Source: an uncultured archaeon
Lineage (GTDB): Archaea > Asgardarchaeota > Lokiarchaeia > Sigyniarchaeales > SOKP01
Length of the DNA stretch: 64,000 bases
Reading direction: 5' to 3'
Assembly (NCBI GenBank): GCA_964486045.1
Contig: CAZALK010000006.1
Span: 171,385-235,384, forward strand
The notes beneath the pieces are model-generated. The model had not been told where the DNA came from. It did no database searches and was given only the letters and a program-made list of their open reading frames with translations. Made by a program: the position numbers and the translations under genes. Below, piece after piece: positions 48,081-58,188 of this stretch (positions are counted from its first letter, which is position 1; every line of letters begins with the position of its first letter).

Positions 48081-51008
48081 TTGCAATTTCTCAAGCATTC
48101 TTTGCTTGATCTAAAACGTGACAAAGCTAAAGTCATATTTGGTGTCTCTGGAATTGCCATTTCATTATTTTTGCTAACTTCTATTGGAATGTTAAATGAC
48201 ACAGTCAATTATAATTATATGTTATATGTTACTTCTACAACTGGAAAGATGGATATCATGATTAGTAAGTCCATTCAAACAGATTTAACATTTAATCCCT
48301 TTTATGATCAAGATATTTTGGATAATGAGTTGAAGGATATTGAAGGTGTAGAAGAATTATTCCCACGAATTTTAATGCTAGTGAAAACAACATCAGAAAA
48401 AATGAATACGAGTGGTTCACTTCAACTGTATGGTATTGAATTTCAAAAAGAAGCGGATAATGGAAACTTAGGGGATCTCATAGTTTTGGATGAAGAAGGT
48501 GAAGAAACTAATGAAATTTATAATGGTGAACCTCAAAATGGTGAATGTGTAATCCTTGGGAGTGTTGCAGAGATATTAAATGTTTCAAAAGGAGATACAA
48601 TTAGTTTAGAATATCAAAATTATAATCTGGACTTAATAGTTGTTGAAATCTGCAGTCAAGATCAGAAATTTATGCAGTTTGAAACTGCTTTAATTCTGGT
48701 TAATTTAAATCAAGCACAAATTTTTTTACAAAGAGAAGGTAAAATCAATCTTATCGTTGGAACAATAACTAACCCTAAAATTATTTACGATGCAAGTAAT
48801 TTAAGAGCTACAACACGCGCTTTACGAAGAATTAGTACTAAAATCCAGAATAGGCTGAACATCAATGAGTTTAGTATAACATTACCAAAGTTAGAAGAAC
48901 TCGAGGGAGGAGAATTTTTATTATTGAGCATAACTATTATGTTTTGGTTTATAACTATCCTTTCAATGTTAATAACAGCGATTTTAATAAATAGTATCCT
49001 TTCGACTTCAGTGGAGGAACGAGTTCGTGAATTTGGTATTATAAGAGTAGTTGGAGGAAAAAAAATATATCCTGTTAAAATGGTATTATTCGAGGGATTA
49101 ATGTTGGGTGTAATAGGATCAGTTATCGGAATGATATTTGGGGGAATTTTTATGATACCAATTGCTCGAAGTTTATTTCACCTATACAATTTCCAATTTG
49201 GTATTTCTGATGTAGAATGGATTATCAAGCCCCAAACGATAATTTTAACTTTTACTCTTGGAGCAGTTGTTTCTTTGGTAGTAGCTTTGCTCCCAGCTCT
49301 TAAAACTGCAAAGAAGGAATTAATCAAATCCATCACACCTTTCCAATCTAAAGAGGAAGCATGGGAAATTAAAAAAGAAGGAAGTATGAATGTAAAAAGT
49401 TTTCTTGTAGGAATAGCTATTGCAACGATTGGAATAATTGTATTTGTTTTACTTCCCAATATTGTGGTAACAGGAGATTTCATGTTAATTTCATCATTAT
49501 TCATTGGTTTACTTGCTGCTGTATTGATCGGTTTAGTTTTTGCTTCAATTGGGATTGTGCCACTGATCCAAAAGTTTTTTTTAGGAATAATTTCTCCTGC
49601 AATCAGAAAATATAAAAATATCATTGGGATCTCATTAAAAAGATACAGAAGGCGTAATACAAGTACAGTTCTAATGTTTGCGATTAGTTTTTCATTTATT
49701 TTCTTTATTACAAGTACATCTGAAATACAATCAGAAACAATGGCATTAAATATTAACTTTCAATACGGTTCAGATCTAGTTTTGATAAACCAGGCGTTAG
49801 ACAATGAAGTCGATGCTCTAACAATGGAAATGATTGAAGAAATAAAAAATCTACCAGGAATAGAAAAAATTTCTACTTCACTCCACAATACATTTGACTT
49901 TCAAGCTACTTTAGCAGCAGCATTCGAAGTTAATGAAGGGCAGGTAGGTTTTGGGGGAGGGGAATCGGAAGAATTGTTGATAAATTTGTTTCAATTCTAT
50001 GCTTCTCAAGAAAAGACGAAATTTAAAACAACTGCAGGTGATCTATTGGATTTTGATGTTGTAGATGCTGGTTTTATCGGGATTGATGAAGATTTTATAA
50101 ATATTGTCAATCGTGATTTTATAATTTGGAGCAGTGAAGGAAGTAGCACGAGTTATTCTTTTAATGAATTATTTATGTATAATAATACATGCATACTTGC
50201 GAAATCTATTGCTAATATACTCGGGATTCATGATGTAGGGCAATATATTAGATTAACATTTTATGATCCCCTAATTGAAAATGATCCCGGTATTGTAACG
50301 ATATTAAGAGTTGTAGGAATTTCAGGAGGTATACCAGGATTTTTCAATTTTCGAAGCAATGAGCTTTCTGCTTATGGGGGAGGAGTAATGGTATCATTAG
50401 ATAATTATATACGCCTAATGAGGGTCAAAAATCCTGAGGGACCTAATATGATTGTAGATAAGGCTTTTGTAAATTTGATTGATAATTCGGAAGAAAATGT
50501 AGATGAAACTAAAAGTAATCTCCGACTAATGTACCAAGACAAAGATATCGTTGTTGATGATGCAATAACAAAAATAAATTTCATTAGGCAGATGTCTGAT
50601 AGACAAAGTTTTTTGATGGAACTCATATTGTCTTTTACAATTATGATTAGTATATTTGGATTAGTGAGTAGTATGTATGCAATCATGTTAGAAAGAAAAT
50701 TTGAAATAGGGATATTACGCTCAATGGGTATGAAAACCCGAAATGTACGTAATATGTTTTTAATTGAGAGTATGATCATTTTGCTTTCCTCGGGAATAAT
50801 GGGTGTTATCATAGGGACCTTTACATCGTACTTTCTTGAAATTAACATGAGTATTATTACTGAAATGCCCAGCATTTTCAGAATTCCCACCGAGACCTTA
50901 ATTAGAGTTTTTTCGATTTCGGTATCAATCGGATTTATTGGTACTTACGTGATTCTAATAAAATTGAGTCGACAAACAATTATGGAAACATTTCGGGAGA
51001 CTTTTTGA
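48081..51008 (+). CDS. FtsX/MacB-type ABC permease (duplicated architecture) 2
   Basis: SVEERVREFGIIRVVG and ERKFEIGILRSMG motifs. Paralogous to 36217-39222 (RRN.STV..FA.SFSF.FF, YGSDLV, I.E..RET end). Confidence 0.9.
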   Translation: MQFLKHSLLDLKRDKAKVIFGVSGIAISLFLLTSIGMLNDTVNYNYMLYVTSTTGKMDIMISKSIQTDLTFNPFYDQDILDNELKDIEGVEELFPRILMLVKTTSEKMNTSGSLQLYGIEFQKEADNGNLGDLIVLDEEGEETNEIYNGEPQNGECVILGSVAEILNVSKGDTISLEYQNYNLDLIVVEICSQDQKFMQFETALILVNLNQAQIFLQREGKINLIVGTITNPKIIYDASNLRATTRALRRISTKIQNRLNINEFSITLPKLEELEGGEFLLLSITIMFWFITILSMLITAILINSILSTSVEERVREFGIIRVVGGKKIYPVKMVLFEGLMLGVIGSVIGMIFGGIFMIPIARSLFHLYNFQFGISDVEWIIKPQTIILTFTLGAVVSLVVALLPALKTAKKELIKSITPFQSKEEAWEIKKEGSMNVKSFLVGIAIATIGIIVFVLLPNIVVTGDFMLISSLFIGLLAAVLIGLVFASIGIVPLIQKFFLGIISPAIRKYKNIIGISLKRYRRRNTSTVLMFAISFSFIFFITSTSEIQSETMALNINFQYGSDLVLINQALDNEVDALTMEMIEEIKNLPGIEKISTSLHNTFDFQATLAAAFEVNEGQVGFGGGESEELLINLFQFYASQEKTKFKTTAGDLLDFDVVDAGFIGIDEDFINIVNRDFIIWSSEGSSTSYSFNELFMYNNTCILAKSIANILGIHDVGQYIRLTFYDPLIENDPGIVTILRVVGISGGIPGFFNFRSNELSAYGGGVMVSLDNYIRLMRVKNPEGPNMIVDKAFVNLIDNSEENVDETKSNLRLMYQDKDIVVDDAITKINFIRQMSDRQSFLMELILSFTIMISIFGLVSSMYAIMLERKFEIGILRSMGMKTRNVRNMFLIESMIILLSSGIMGVIIGTFTSYFLEINMSIITEMPSIFRIPTETLIRVFSISVSIGFIGTYVILIKLSRQTIMETFRETF

Positions 51009-51012
51009 ATTA

Positions 51013-51615
51013 TTACAATTTATTTTTATTTTTCAGGAAGGAAATCAATTTTCTCATAGCTTGACCTCTATGAGAGATTTGGTTTTTCTGATGTGTAGTT
51101 ATTTCAGCAAATGTCTTATCTATGATTGAATCAGGAATAAAGATAGGATCAAAACCAAACCCACCCTTACCTCTATTTGTTTCTGAAACTCTTCCTGTAA
51201 TTGAGCCCTCAAAAAATAAAACTTTATCAATAGGTTTAAAGTAAAGAGCCACAATTGCAGAGAAATGGGCTTTTGATTTTTTAAAATTGTCGATTAATTT
51301 AAGGATCCCTGCATTACCGATAGTTTTTAAGACATAAGAAGAATATACTCCAGGAAAACCACCAAGTGGATTATCTACGAAAAAACCTGCATCTTCAACA
51401 AAGAATGAAGTGTTAATCTTATGTTTTACACTATTTAATTTAAAAGAAGCAACATCTCTTAGAGTATTTGCTTGGATTTCGATAGGTTTAATATCTTTTT
51501 GTCTTAGTTTATAACTCAATTTTTCTTTTGAAAATATTTCTAATCCTTCATTAAACTTATGTGTATTTCCAGTAACAAAAAAAATTGTATTTTCTTCTTC
51601 AGTCATAAATACCAT
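51013..51615 (-). CDS. rdgB: non-canonical purine NTP pyrophosphatase (RdgB/HAM1)
   Basis: TGN.HK..E, EIQA, EDAG, GFPGVYS, GFGFDPIF and K..ISHR motifs. Confidence 0.95.
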   Translation of the reverse strand: MVFMTEEENTIFFVTGNTHKFNEGLEIFSKEKLSYKLRQKDIKPIEIQANTLRDVASFKLNSVKHKINTSFFVEDAGFFVDNPLGGFPGVYSSYVLKTIGNAGILKLIDNFKKSKAHFSAIVALYFKPIDKVLFFEGSITGRVSETNRGKGGFGFDPIFIPDSIIDKTFAEITTHQKNQISHRGQAMRKLISFLKNKNKL

Positions 51616-51781
51616 AATAGCATACTACTTTTAGTTATTGTTTAATTTACTTTATGGTTTCTGAAGGCCATAGCTAATAATTTTCCATATCTTTAACAAA
51701 AACTTTATTTTGTATATTTCTTTACCAATGGTATACTAATATTTTACAAATCATTAAAGCATTATAACAGATGATCGATTA

Positions 51782-52240
51782 ATGGCTCGTATGCACTCTC
51801 GTAAGAAGGGAAAGGCAGCCAGTACACGTCCTGCACGTCTAGAAAAACCGGTATGGGTTGAATTGTCACCTGACGAAGTTGAGAATGAAGTAGTCAAGTT
51901 AGCAAGGAGAGGACGTTCAAAATCAATGATTGGTACAATAATGAGAGATTCTCAAGGAGTACCATTAGTTAAAATTGTAGCTGGTAAAAAAATTAGTCAT
52001 ATTCTTGAACAACATGATATCAAGGCACCACTTCCAGAAGATCTTGGCAATTTAGTGAGAAAAGCTTTAAATACTAGGAAGCATCTTGAATCTAATCATA
52101 AAGATTTAGAAGCAAAAAAAGGGTTGAATCGAACTGAATCTAAAATTTACCGCCTTATAAAATATTACAAAAAGAAAAAAGTATTAGTTCCTGATTTCAA
52201 ATATGATCCACAGCAGATTAGAACATTGGTAGCGAGATAA
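51782..52240 (+). CDS. rps15: 30S ribosomal protein uS15 (S15p/S13e)
   Basis: MARMHSRKKGK.S.RP, S.IG...RD..G.P, LPEDL..L and ESKI.RL.KYYK motifs. Confidence 0.98.
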   Translation: MARMHSRKKGKAASTRPARLEKPVWVELSPDEVENEVVKLARRGRSKSMIGTIMRDSQGVPLVKIVAGKKISHILEQHDIKAPLPEDLGNLVRKALNTRKHLESNHKDLEAKKGLNRTESKIYRLIKYYKKKKVLVPDFKYDPQQIRTLVAR

Positions 52241-52253
52241 GGGGGAAGAAAAA

Positions 52254-52985
52254 ATGAGCTCGAGAGAAAAAAAAAAAAAATTAAAAGGAAAAAAAGTTTC
52301 TTTTAAAGATAAACAATGGTACGAGGTAGTTACCCCTAAAACATTTGATTTCAAACCAATAGGGGAGATATCAGGGTTAGAAAATAATCTTGTTGGAAGA
52401 ACTCTTGAGACATTGTTATTTGATTTCACGAATAAGTATTCTGACATTAGCTTGAAATTAAAATTTCGAGTCAAAGATCATAATAAAGAAGCAAAAAAAT
52501 GTAATACTATTTTTGTTGGTCATCAATACACAAATGATTTTATAAGATCTTTAATTGGGAGAGGAAGTTCAAAGATACAAATAATTTTAAACCTAACTAC
52601 AAAGGATGAGTATGTTTTTCGATTGACTACTGTTTGTACTACTTTAAAAAGAGCAAGAAATTCTCAAATTGTTTTAATTCGGAAAATTATGAGAGAAATC
52701 TTAGTAGAATTTGCACAGTCTTTGAATCATGAGAAATTTGTAGCTGGAGTAATTTACGGTGAATTTGAGACCCAAATTAAAAGAGTCGCTAAAACTATTT
52801 ACCCATTATCTAATTGTGTAGTAGTTAAGAGCAAACTCGTATCAATACCAGCAGGTGGGGAGGATAAAGAGATCCCTGACAGCCAATTTGAAATTGTTGA
52901 GGTTGATGTAAAACGTTCCAGAAAGTCAGAAATTAGACGAACTGAAAGAGTTAACGTAAAAAAATTAGTTAAACGTAAGAATTAA
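52254..52985 (+). CDS. rps3ae: 30S ribosomal protein eS1 (S3Ae)
   Basis: K.K.WY.V..P..F, GR..E..L.D, KLKF, D.IRSL..R.S and IYPL motifs. Confidence 0.95.
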   Translation: MSSREKKKKLKGKKVSFKDKQWYEVVTPKTFDFKPIGEISGLENNLVGRTLETLLFDFTNKYSDISLKLKFRVKDHNKEAKKCNTIFVGHQYTNDFIRSLIGRGSSKIQIILNLTTKDEYVFRLTTVCTTLKRARNSQIVLIRKIMREILVEFAQSLNHEKFVAGVIYGEFETQIKRVAKTIYPLSNCVVVKSKLVSIPAGGEDKEIPDSQFEIVEVDVKRSRKSEIRRTERVNVKKLVKRKN

Positions 52986-53114
52986 CCTCCAAATTGATAG
53001 TAGGACGATTCAACAATAAAATTTAATAGCTTATAAAGATCTATTTTATATTGTTATCAAAATAAACTCCAAAACTTCTAATAATACTGCTTTTAAGAAG
53101 AGAGATTGTTAATA

Positions 53115-54008
53115 CTAATGATCGAATTCTTCAATAATTTCATTAAGAGTATATTTCAAGTGTTTAAACGGTTTTAAATCTCCTAAAAACTCCTCCTCAA
53201 AAATAGTGTCTAAGGACATCTTAGCTTTAAATTCTTTGAAGATCTCACTTATTTTATAGAAGTTTCCTGATGCAATAAAATCCAAAGAGTACCCGTTAAT
53301 ATTTCCAAATAAAATGATCATTTGATTTTTTGTATTCTCAATATCACTGATATGAATTTCCTTAATTTTTGTTTTCGCCCGTATTTGAGTGTTCATTGCA
53401 ATTGTCTCTAATTTTGCGGAGAGATCAGATGTAAACAATTCGATATTTTCATTGGATTTCTCTACAGTCAAATTCATCAAAATACTTAGGTCACACAGTT
53501 GAGATATAAGGGGGAGACCCTGAGAGGATATACCTGCATAGATTATCAAATTTTTAATATTGTTTCCTTTCTCTTCAAAGATTATTTCTTCTTCTAGTGG
53601 TTCTGTGTATTTATCCGTTAAATAAGCGACAATCAAATCAATTATTTCCTTAAAAGTTGGTTCTTCAGAGGAGTATTTTAATTCAGTTAAATTTCTATAT
53701 TGAATATTAACTTGTTTGCTAAATTCATCTATTATTTTTAGAGTCTCTGAAGAACTCACATCAAAATTACCAACAACACAAAAGAATAAATTCTGGTTTT
53801 TGGATGTAACTACATGCTTTACTACTATTCTTTCTCTGCCATTTTTTAGATTTTTTAGACAGATTTTCTGTAAACGCCACGTATTTCTAGGATTTATACT
53901 ACTAATTAATTTCTCTACAAAGAGTACGATTTCAAATGCGTTATATTTTAAGTCATCTGAACAATAAAGAATGTCCTCACCTAAAATAATTGTAAAACCT
54001 GTTATCAT
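53115..54008 (-). CDS. tandem longin-like domain protein (Asgard eukaryotic-signature type)
   Basis: Two beta-beta-alpha-beta3-alpha units. Second unit IIYAGISSQGLPLISQ...LFTSDLSAKLETI. Fold call made by pattern only. Confidence 0.55.
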   Translation of the reverse strand: MITGFTIILGEDILYCSDDLKYNAFEIVLFVEKLISSINPRNTWRLQKICLKNLKNGRERIVVKHVVTSKNQNLFFCVVGNFDVSSSETLKIIDEFSKQVNIQYRNLTELKYSSEEPTFKEIIDLIVAYLTDKYTEPLEEEIIFEEKGNNIKNLIIYAGISSQGLPLISQLCDLSILMNLTVEKSNENIELFTSDLSAKLETIAMNTQIRAKTKIKEIHISDIENTKNQMIILFGNINGYSLDFIASGNFYKISEIFKEFKAKMSLDTIFEEEFLGDLKPFKHLKYTLNEIIEEFDH

Positions 54009-54214
54009 AGAAAAAACTTTAAAAAATCAAAATCGCAATAAATAAAAGCTTATAATGTAAAAACCATCAACAAATTTAATTTTTTTTAATTTCATTAAAT
54101 CAAAGGATCAACAAAAATTTAGGTCCAATTATTTTCAAATTCATACATATAAATTTATTAGAAATATACCTCTAATAAAATTAAAGATTAACAGTTAGTA
54201 TATTTCTATCCCTG

Positions 54215-55018
54215 ATGACAACGCTAAAACCATTAGATAGGGAAAGTATAACGGAGGTTGCGGAGATTCTTCTAAATTCCCAAAATACAATTGTACTAAC
54301 AGGAGCCGGTATATCAACAGAGTCAGGTATTCCTGATTTTCGAGGAGAAGATGGTATTTGGGAAAAGTATAAACCAGAAATTTATGGGGATATTCAATCT
54401 TTTTTAAAAGATCCTTCAAAATTTTGGAAAATGGCAGAGGAGATTGCTCCTACTCTATTTAATGCTAAACCAAATCCCGGACATCTTGCGTTAGCTGAAC
54501 TTGAAAAAATGAAACTAATAAAGGCTATCATAACTCAGAATATAGACGAACTACATCAAAAAGCTGGGGCTGTTATTGTTTATGAAGTACATGGAAATAT
54601 TAACCGATTTACTTGTCTGGGTTGTCGTGCTAGTTATTCAAAAGATCAAGTTTTACATAAATTAAAGAAAGAAAAGGATTCTCCACCTCAATGTGATTAT
54701 TGCACTGCTCCTCTTAAACCCTCAGTGGTATTATATGGTGAAAATCTTCCAAATTTTGAAAAATATATGTCCGTAGATTTAGCGAAAAAGTCAGAAGTCA
54801 TGTTGATTGCAGGTTCATCTTTAACAGTAGCACCTATTTGTGATTTGCCACTATATACATTAAAAAGAGGAGGTAGATTAATAATTGTGAATGATCAACC
54901 AACAAGTTTAGATAATAAGGCAGAAATTGTTATCAATAATAAGACTGGGATCATTCTACCTTTAATTGTAGAAGAGATTAAAAGAATTAAAACTGAAAGT
55001 GAGATTGAATCTAAGTAA
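54215..55018 (+). CDS. cobB: Sir2-family NAD-dependent protein deacylase
   Basis: TGAGISTESGIPDFRG, TQNIDELH, EVHG, CxxC...CxxC, P.VVLYGE and GSSL.V.P motifs. Confidence 0.95.
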   Translation: MTTLKPLDRESITEVAEILLNSQNTIVLTGAGISTESGIPDFRGEDGIWEKYKPEIYGDIQSFLKDPSKFWKMAEEIAPTLFNAKPNPGHLALAELEKMKLIKAIITQNIDELHQKAGAVIVYEVHGNINRFTCLGCRASYSKDQVLHKLKKEKDSPPQCDYCTAPLKPSVVLYGENLPNFEKYMSVDLAKKSEVMLIAGSSLTVAPICDLPLYTLKRGGRLIIVNDQPTSLDNKAEIVINNKTGIILPLIVEEIKRIKTESEIESK

Positions 55019-55021
55019 TAT

Positions 55022-56608
55022 ATGTATACTGAAAACATTATCGTTAAAGATTGGAGAACAATAGATTGTTCCTTTGGGTTAATATATCCTAATGTATACA
55101 AAATTGGGATGTCATCGTATTCTATTAGACTCCTCTATTCTTTATTAAATTCTAATGATAGTATAGCGTGCGAAAGAATATTTTTACCAGAAACTAATAT
55201 AAAATATCCCGCTTCAAGAGACTATTCAACAGAAAATATACTTCGATCCCTTGAAAATAAAGTACTACCAAGAGATTTTGATATTCTGGGATTTTCATTT
55301 CATTTTGAAAATGATTTTAAGAATATTTTATGGATTCTTGAGAAAGCAAATATCCCTTTTACAATTCAAGAACGTCAAAAATTAAAAACTCAAGGTGAAG
55401 GGATATATCCGATTATAATTGGTGGTGGACCTGTAGTGACCTCAAATCCGATAATTCTAAGCAGCATTTTTGACTTTCTCTTTATTGGTGATGCTGAACC
55501 AAACTTAATTTTATTCTTAAATTTATTCCAGGGTTTTAAAAATGATGAAATTTCTTTTCAAGAACTCTGTGATAAAGTAATTCAAATAGAAGGGATATAT
55601 TCATCTCTTCTCAATAATAATGTTAAGAGGGCAATTCTTAAAAATTTGGATGAATCGACTATACCTGTATCACAATTATTATCCAGCAACACTACAGAAA
55701 GATCAATTTTCCAAGGCAATTTTTTTGTTGAAGTAAATCGGGGCTGTCCATTTCAATGCAATTTCTGTATTTCATCATTTCATAACTCTCCATTTAGGAA
55801 TCGGACTTATGAAAATGTAATAAAAACAATTGATGAAGGGATAAAATACTCAAAGTTCAAGACAATTAGCCTAATAGGATCATGTGTTTCAGCACATCCT
55901 AAACTTAAGTTAATATGTGAATATATAATTAATAAAGGGAAGCGATTAACAATTCCATCAATTCGAGTTGAACATATATCTGATGAAATAATCAAGACAC
56001 TTGAATCTTCTGGTGTGAAAACTATTACAATTGCTCCAGAAACGGGATCAGATAAACTTAGATATTCCTTAGGGAAAAAAATATCTAATGACAAAATTAT
56101 TTCTGTTTTAACCAAAATCCAGAAATCAAGAATAAAAAATGTTAAGTTTTATTTTTTAATTGGGTTACCTGATGAAGCTGAAAAAGATATTTATGAGATA
56201 ATTAATTTGTTAAGGAAGATTGAACAATTAGGATTTGAGAAAGAATCGTTGAGGGTAAATATCAACCCCTTTATCCCTAAATTAAATACACCCTTTAAAA
56301 AGGAAATAACTTTTTATTTAAAAGAAGAATTAACCAAATTAACTCAAAAATATCATTTAATTGAAAGAGAATTAAAAGGTTTAAGATCAGTAAAATTAAA
56401 GTTTAAAAATTTTAAAAAAATAGTAAAAGATGCTAAACTTCAAACAATTATTTCTTTAGGAGATCAAAGTATCACAAAACTTCTCCTTAATTATTACTAT
56501 AATGGTGCTAATTATAGTTCATTAACAAAGGCAGAATTGCTTACTAATCTTTCAATTGATGAATATTTTTTAAAAATAAAAGGATGTTATTCCCCTTGGA
56601 TAATGTAG
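55022..56608 (+). CDS. radical SAM protein with N-terminal B12-binding-like domain
   Basis: YPN.Y.IGMS, CERIF, FDILGFS..FE, GGP, EV.RGCPFQCNFC, IAPETGS and YFLIGLP motifs. Confidence 0.88.
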   Translation: MYTENIIVKDWRTIDCSFGLIYPNVYKIGMSSYSIRLLYSLLNSNDSIACERIFLPETNIKYPASRDYSTENILRSLENKVLPRDFDILGFSFHFENDFKNILWILEKANIPFTIQERQKLKTQGEGIYPIIIGGGPVVTSNPIILSSIFDFLFIGDAEPNLILFLNLFQGFKNDEISFQELCDKVIQIEGIYSSLLNNNVKRAILKNLDESTIPVSQLLSSNTTERSIFQGNFFVEVNRGCPFQCNFCISSFHNSPFRNRTYENVIKTIDEGIKYSKFKTISLIGSCVSAHPKLKLICEYIINKGKRLTIPSIRVEHISDEIIKTLESSGVKTITIAPETGSDKLRYSLGKKISNDKIISVLTKIQKSRIKNVKFYFLIGLPDEAEKDIYEIINLLRKIEQLGFEKESLRVNINPFIPKLNTPFKKEITFYLKEELTKLTQKYHLIERELKGLRSVKLKFKNFKKIVKDAKLQTIISLGDQSITKLLLNYYYNGANYSSLTKAELLTNLSIDEYFLKIKGCYSPWIM

Positions 56609-56639
56609 ATTTATTAAGATAAAAAAAAAAATGAAAATT

Positions 56640-57143
56640 TTACTTAATTTCTTGAAACACTTTTTTGACTGCTCCACAAACAGGACATTTTTCTGGTAGT
56701 TGCCCCTCATGAGTATAACCACATACTGGACATATGTAAACGTCTTGTTTTTCTAGGTCTTTACCATTTTCAACTGCTTCAAGGGCGTTTGTGTAAAGTT
56801 GGTGATGGATCTTTTCAACCTCGTTAGCGTAATTAAATGTACGCTCGGCACCTTTATTTACCTCACTCTTAGCATCCTCTAGAAATTCGGGATACATTTT
56901 TGTAAACTCATAGTGTTCCCCTTCTATCGCAGCACGAACGTTTTCTTGGGTAGATTTAATACCACCAAATTCTCTAAGGTGATTGTGAGCATGGACAGTT
57001 TCTGCTTCTGCTGCTGCTCTAAAAATTTTTGCTACTTGTGGAAATCCATCTTTATCTGCCTTCTTTGCAAAGGCTAGATACTTGCGATTTGCTTGTGATT
57101 CACCTGCAAATGCAGCTTTTAAGTTTTCTTCTGATTTTGTCAT
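56640..57143 (-). CDS. rbr: rubrerythrin
   Basis: AFAGESQA..KY, AE..HA, GE..E...MY, E..H and rubredoxin CPVCGY...CPVCG motifs. Confidence 0.95.
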   Translation of the reverse strand: MTKSEENLKAAFAGESQANRKYLAFAKKADKDGFPQVAKIFRAAAEAETVHAHNHLREFGGIKSTQENVRAAIEGEHYEFTKMYPEFLEDAKSEVNKGAERTFNYANEVEKIHHQLYTNALEAVENGKDLEKQDVYICPVCGYTHEGQLPEKCPVCGAVKKVFQEIK

Positions 57144-57315
57144 ATTTTCTTCACATGGAAAATTCTAATTTAAAATTATATAGAGAAATTTTTTAATTTG
57201 GTTGTTATAAATCATAAATTTAAAACAATTTCCTTAGAGTTCAACAATCACAAAAAGGATTTAATATTTTAAATTATAAATCGAGAACGAATCTTTTCAA
57301 AGTACTAAATTCTAT

Positions 57316-58110
57316 CTAATCTGATATAGTGTTTTTCATTTTATTCACGATTTGAGTTAGATAATGTTCAGCTAGCCCAAATTTCACTTTTGAGTTGAAA
57401 ATTAGCATAATAAAGTAGGTATCTAGCACATATTCAGAGAATATGAATTTATCTTTAAGAGTGTAGAATAATTTTAAGATTGAATTATCATAAATCTTTA
57501 CTCTAAATTCGACCTCTTTTAAAAATACTTTCAAGTCTACTTTCCCATAAGAGGAATATATTACTTTTCCTCGATTGGTTAATAAAGTAATCCCCTCTAT
57601 ATCGTCTTTTAACTTAAATTCTTTTAAAAATTTTATAAATTTTTTTTCTTTCTTAGAATCAAACTTTCCTCTTAAAGCCTCACATATAACATTTTCAATG
57701 GTATCATTTAAGTTACTATCATAAATGATCTCAGCATCGATATTAACATTGTTCTTGATGAGATATGAGGTGAGTTTCTTATTAATCTTGGAAATGATAT
57801 CATCTAATAATGTTAAGTTTTCAATTGTATCACACAAAACACAGTAATAAAGGTAACTTTTTTCAAAGAGAACAATTTTAACATCTTCCATTTCGATTAT
57901 TTTAAAGCGCTTTCCTATCATCTCTTTAGCAAATGTCATTAAGGCAGTAATAAAGGGAGATATCAAATTTTTCTCAACATTAATGTAATCTGTAAAATTT
58001 CTCCCATAAAAGCACACCCCGGACTTGTTAAATACAAATAGGTTATGAATTAATGAAGTATTATTTCCTTTAGTTTTAGTCTGAAATGATACTTGATCTT
58101 GAATAATCAT
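57316..58110 (-). CDS. longin + roadblock/LC7 fusion protein (Asgard eukaryotic-signature type)
   Basis: N-half IHNLFVFNKSGVCFY...LIS.FITAL..FAKE (longin). C-half IEGITLLTNRGKVIYS...KFGLAEHYL..IV.K (roadblock). Confidence 0.68.
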   Translation of the reverse strand: MIIQDQVSFQTKTKGNNTSLIHNLFVFNKSGVCFYGRNFTDYINVEKNLISPFITALMTFAKEMIGKRFKIIEMEDVKIVLFEKSYLYYCVLCDTIENLTLLDDIISKINKKLTSYLIKNNVNIDAEIIYDSNLNDTIENVICEALRGKFDSKKEKKFIKFLKEFKLKDDIEGITLLTNRGKVIYSSYGKVDLKVFLKEVEFRVKIYDNSILKLFYTLKDKFIFSEYVLDTYFIMLIFNSKVKFGLAEHYLTQIVNKMKNTISD

Positions 58111-58188
58111 ATAAATGTCTTTTATCTAAACTATAAAAAGCACTTACTTTTAAATAAAAATCATTTGTAGAGTGTTAAACCATAAAAA

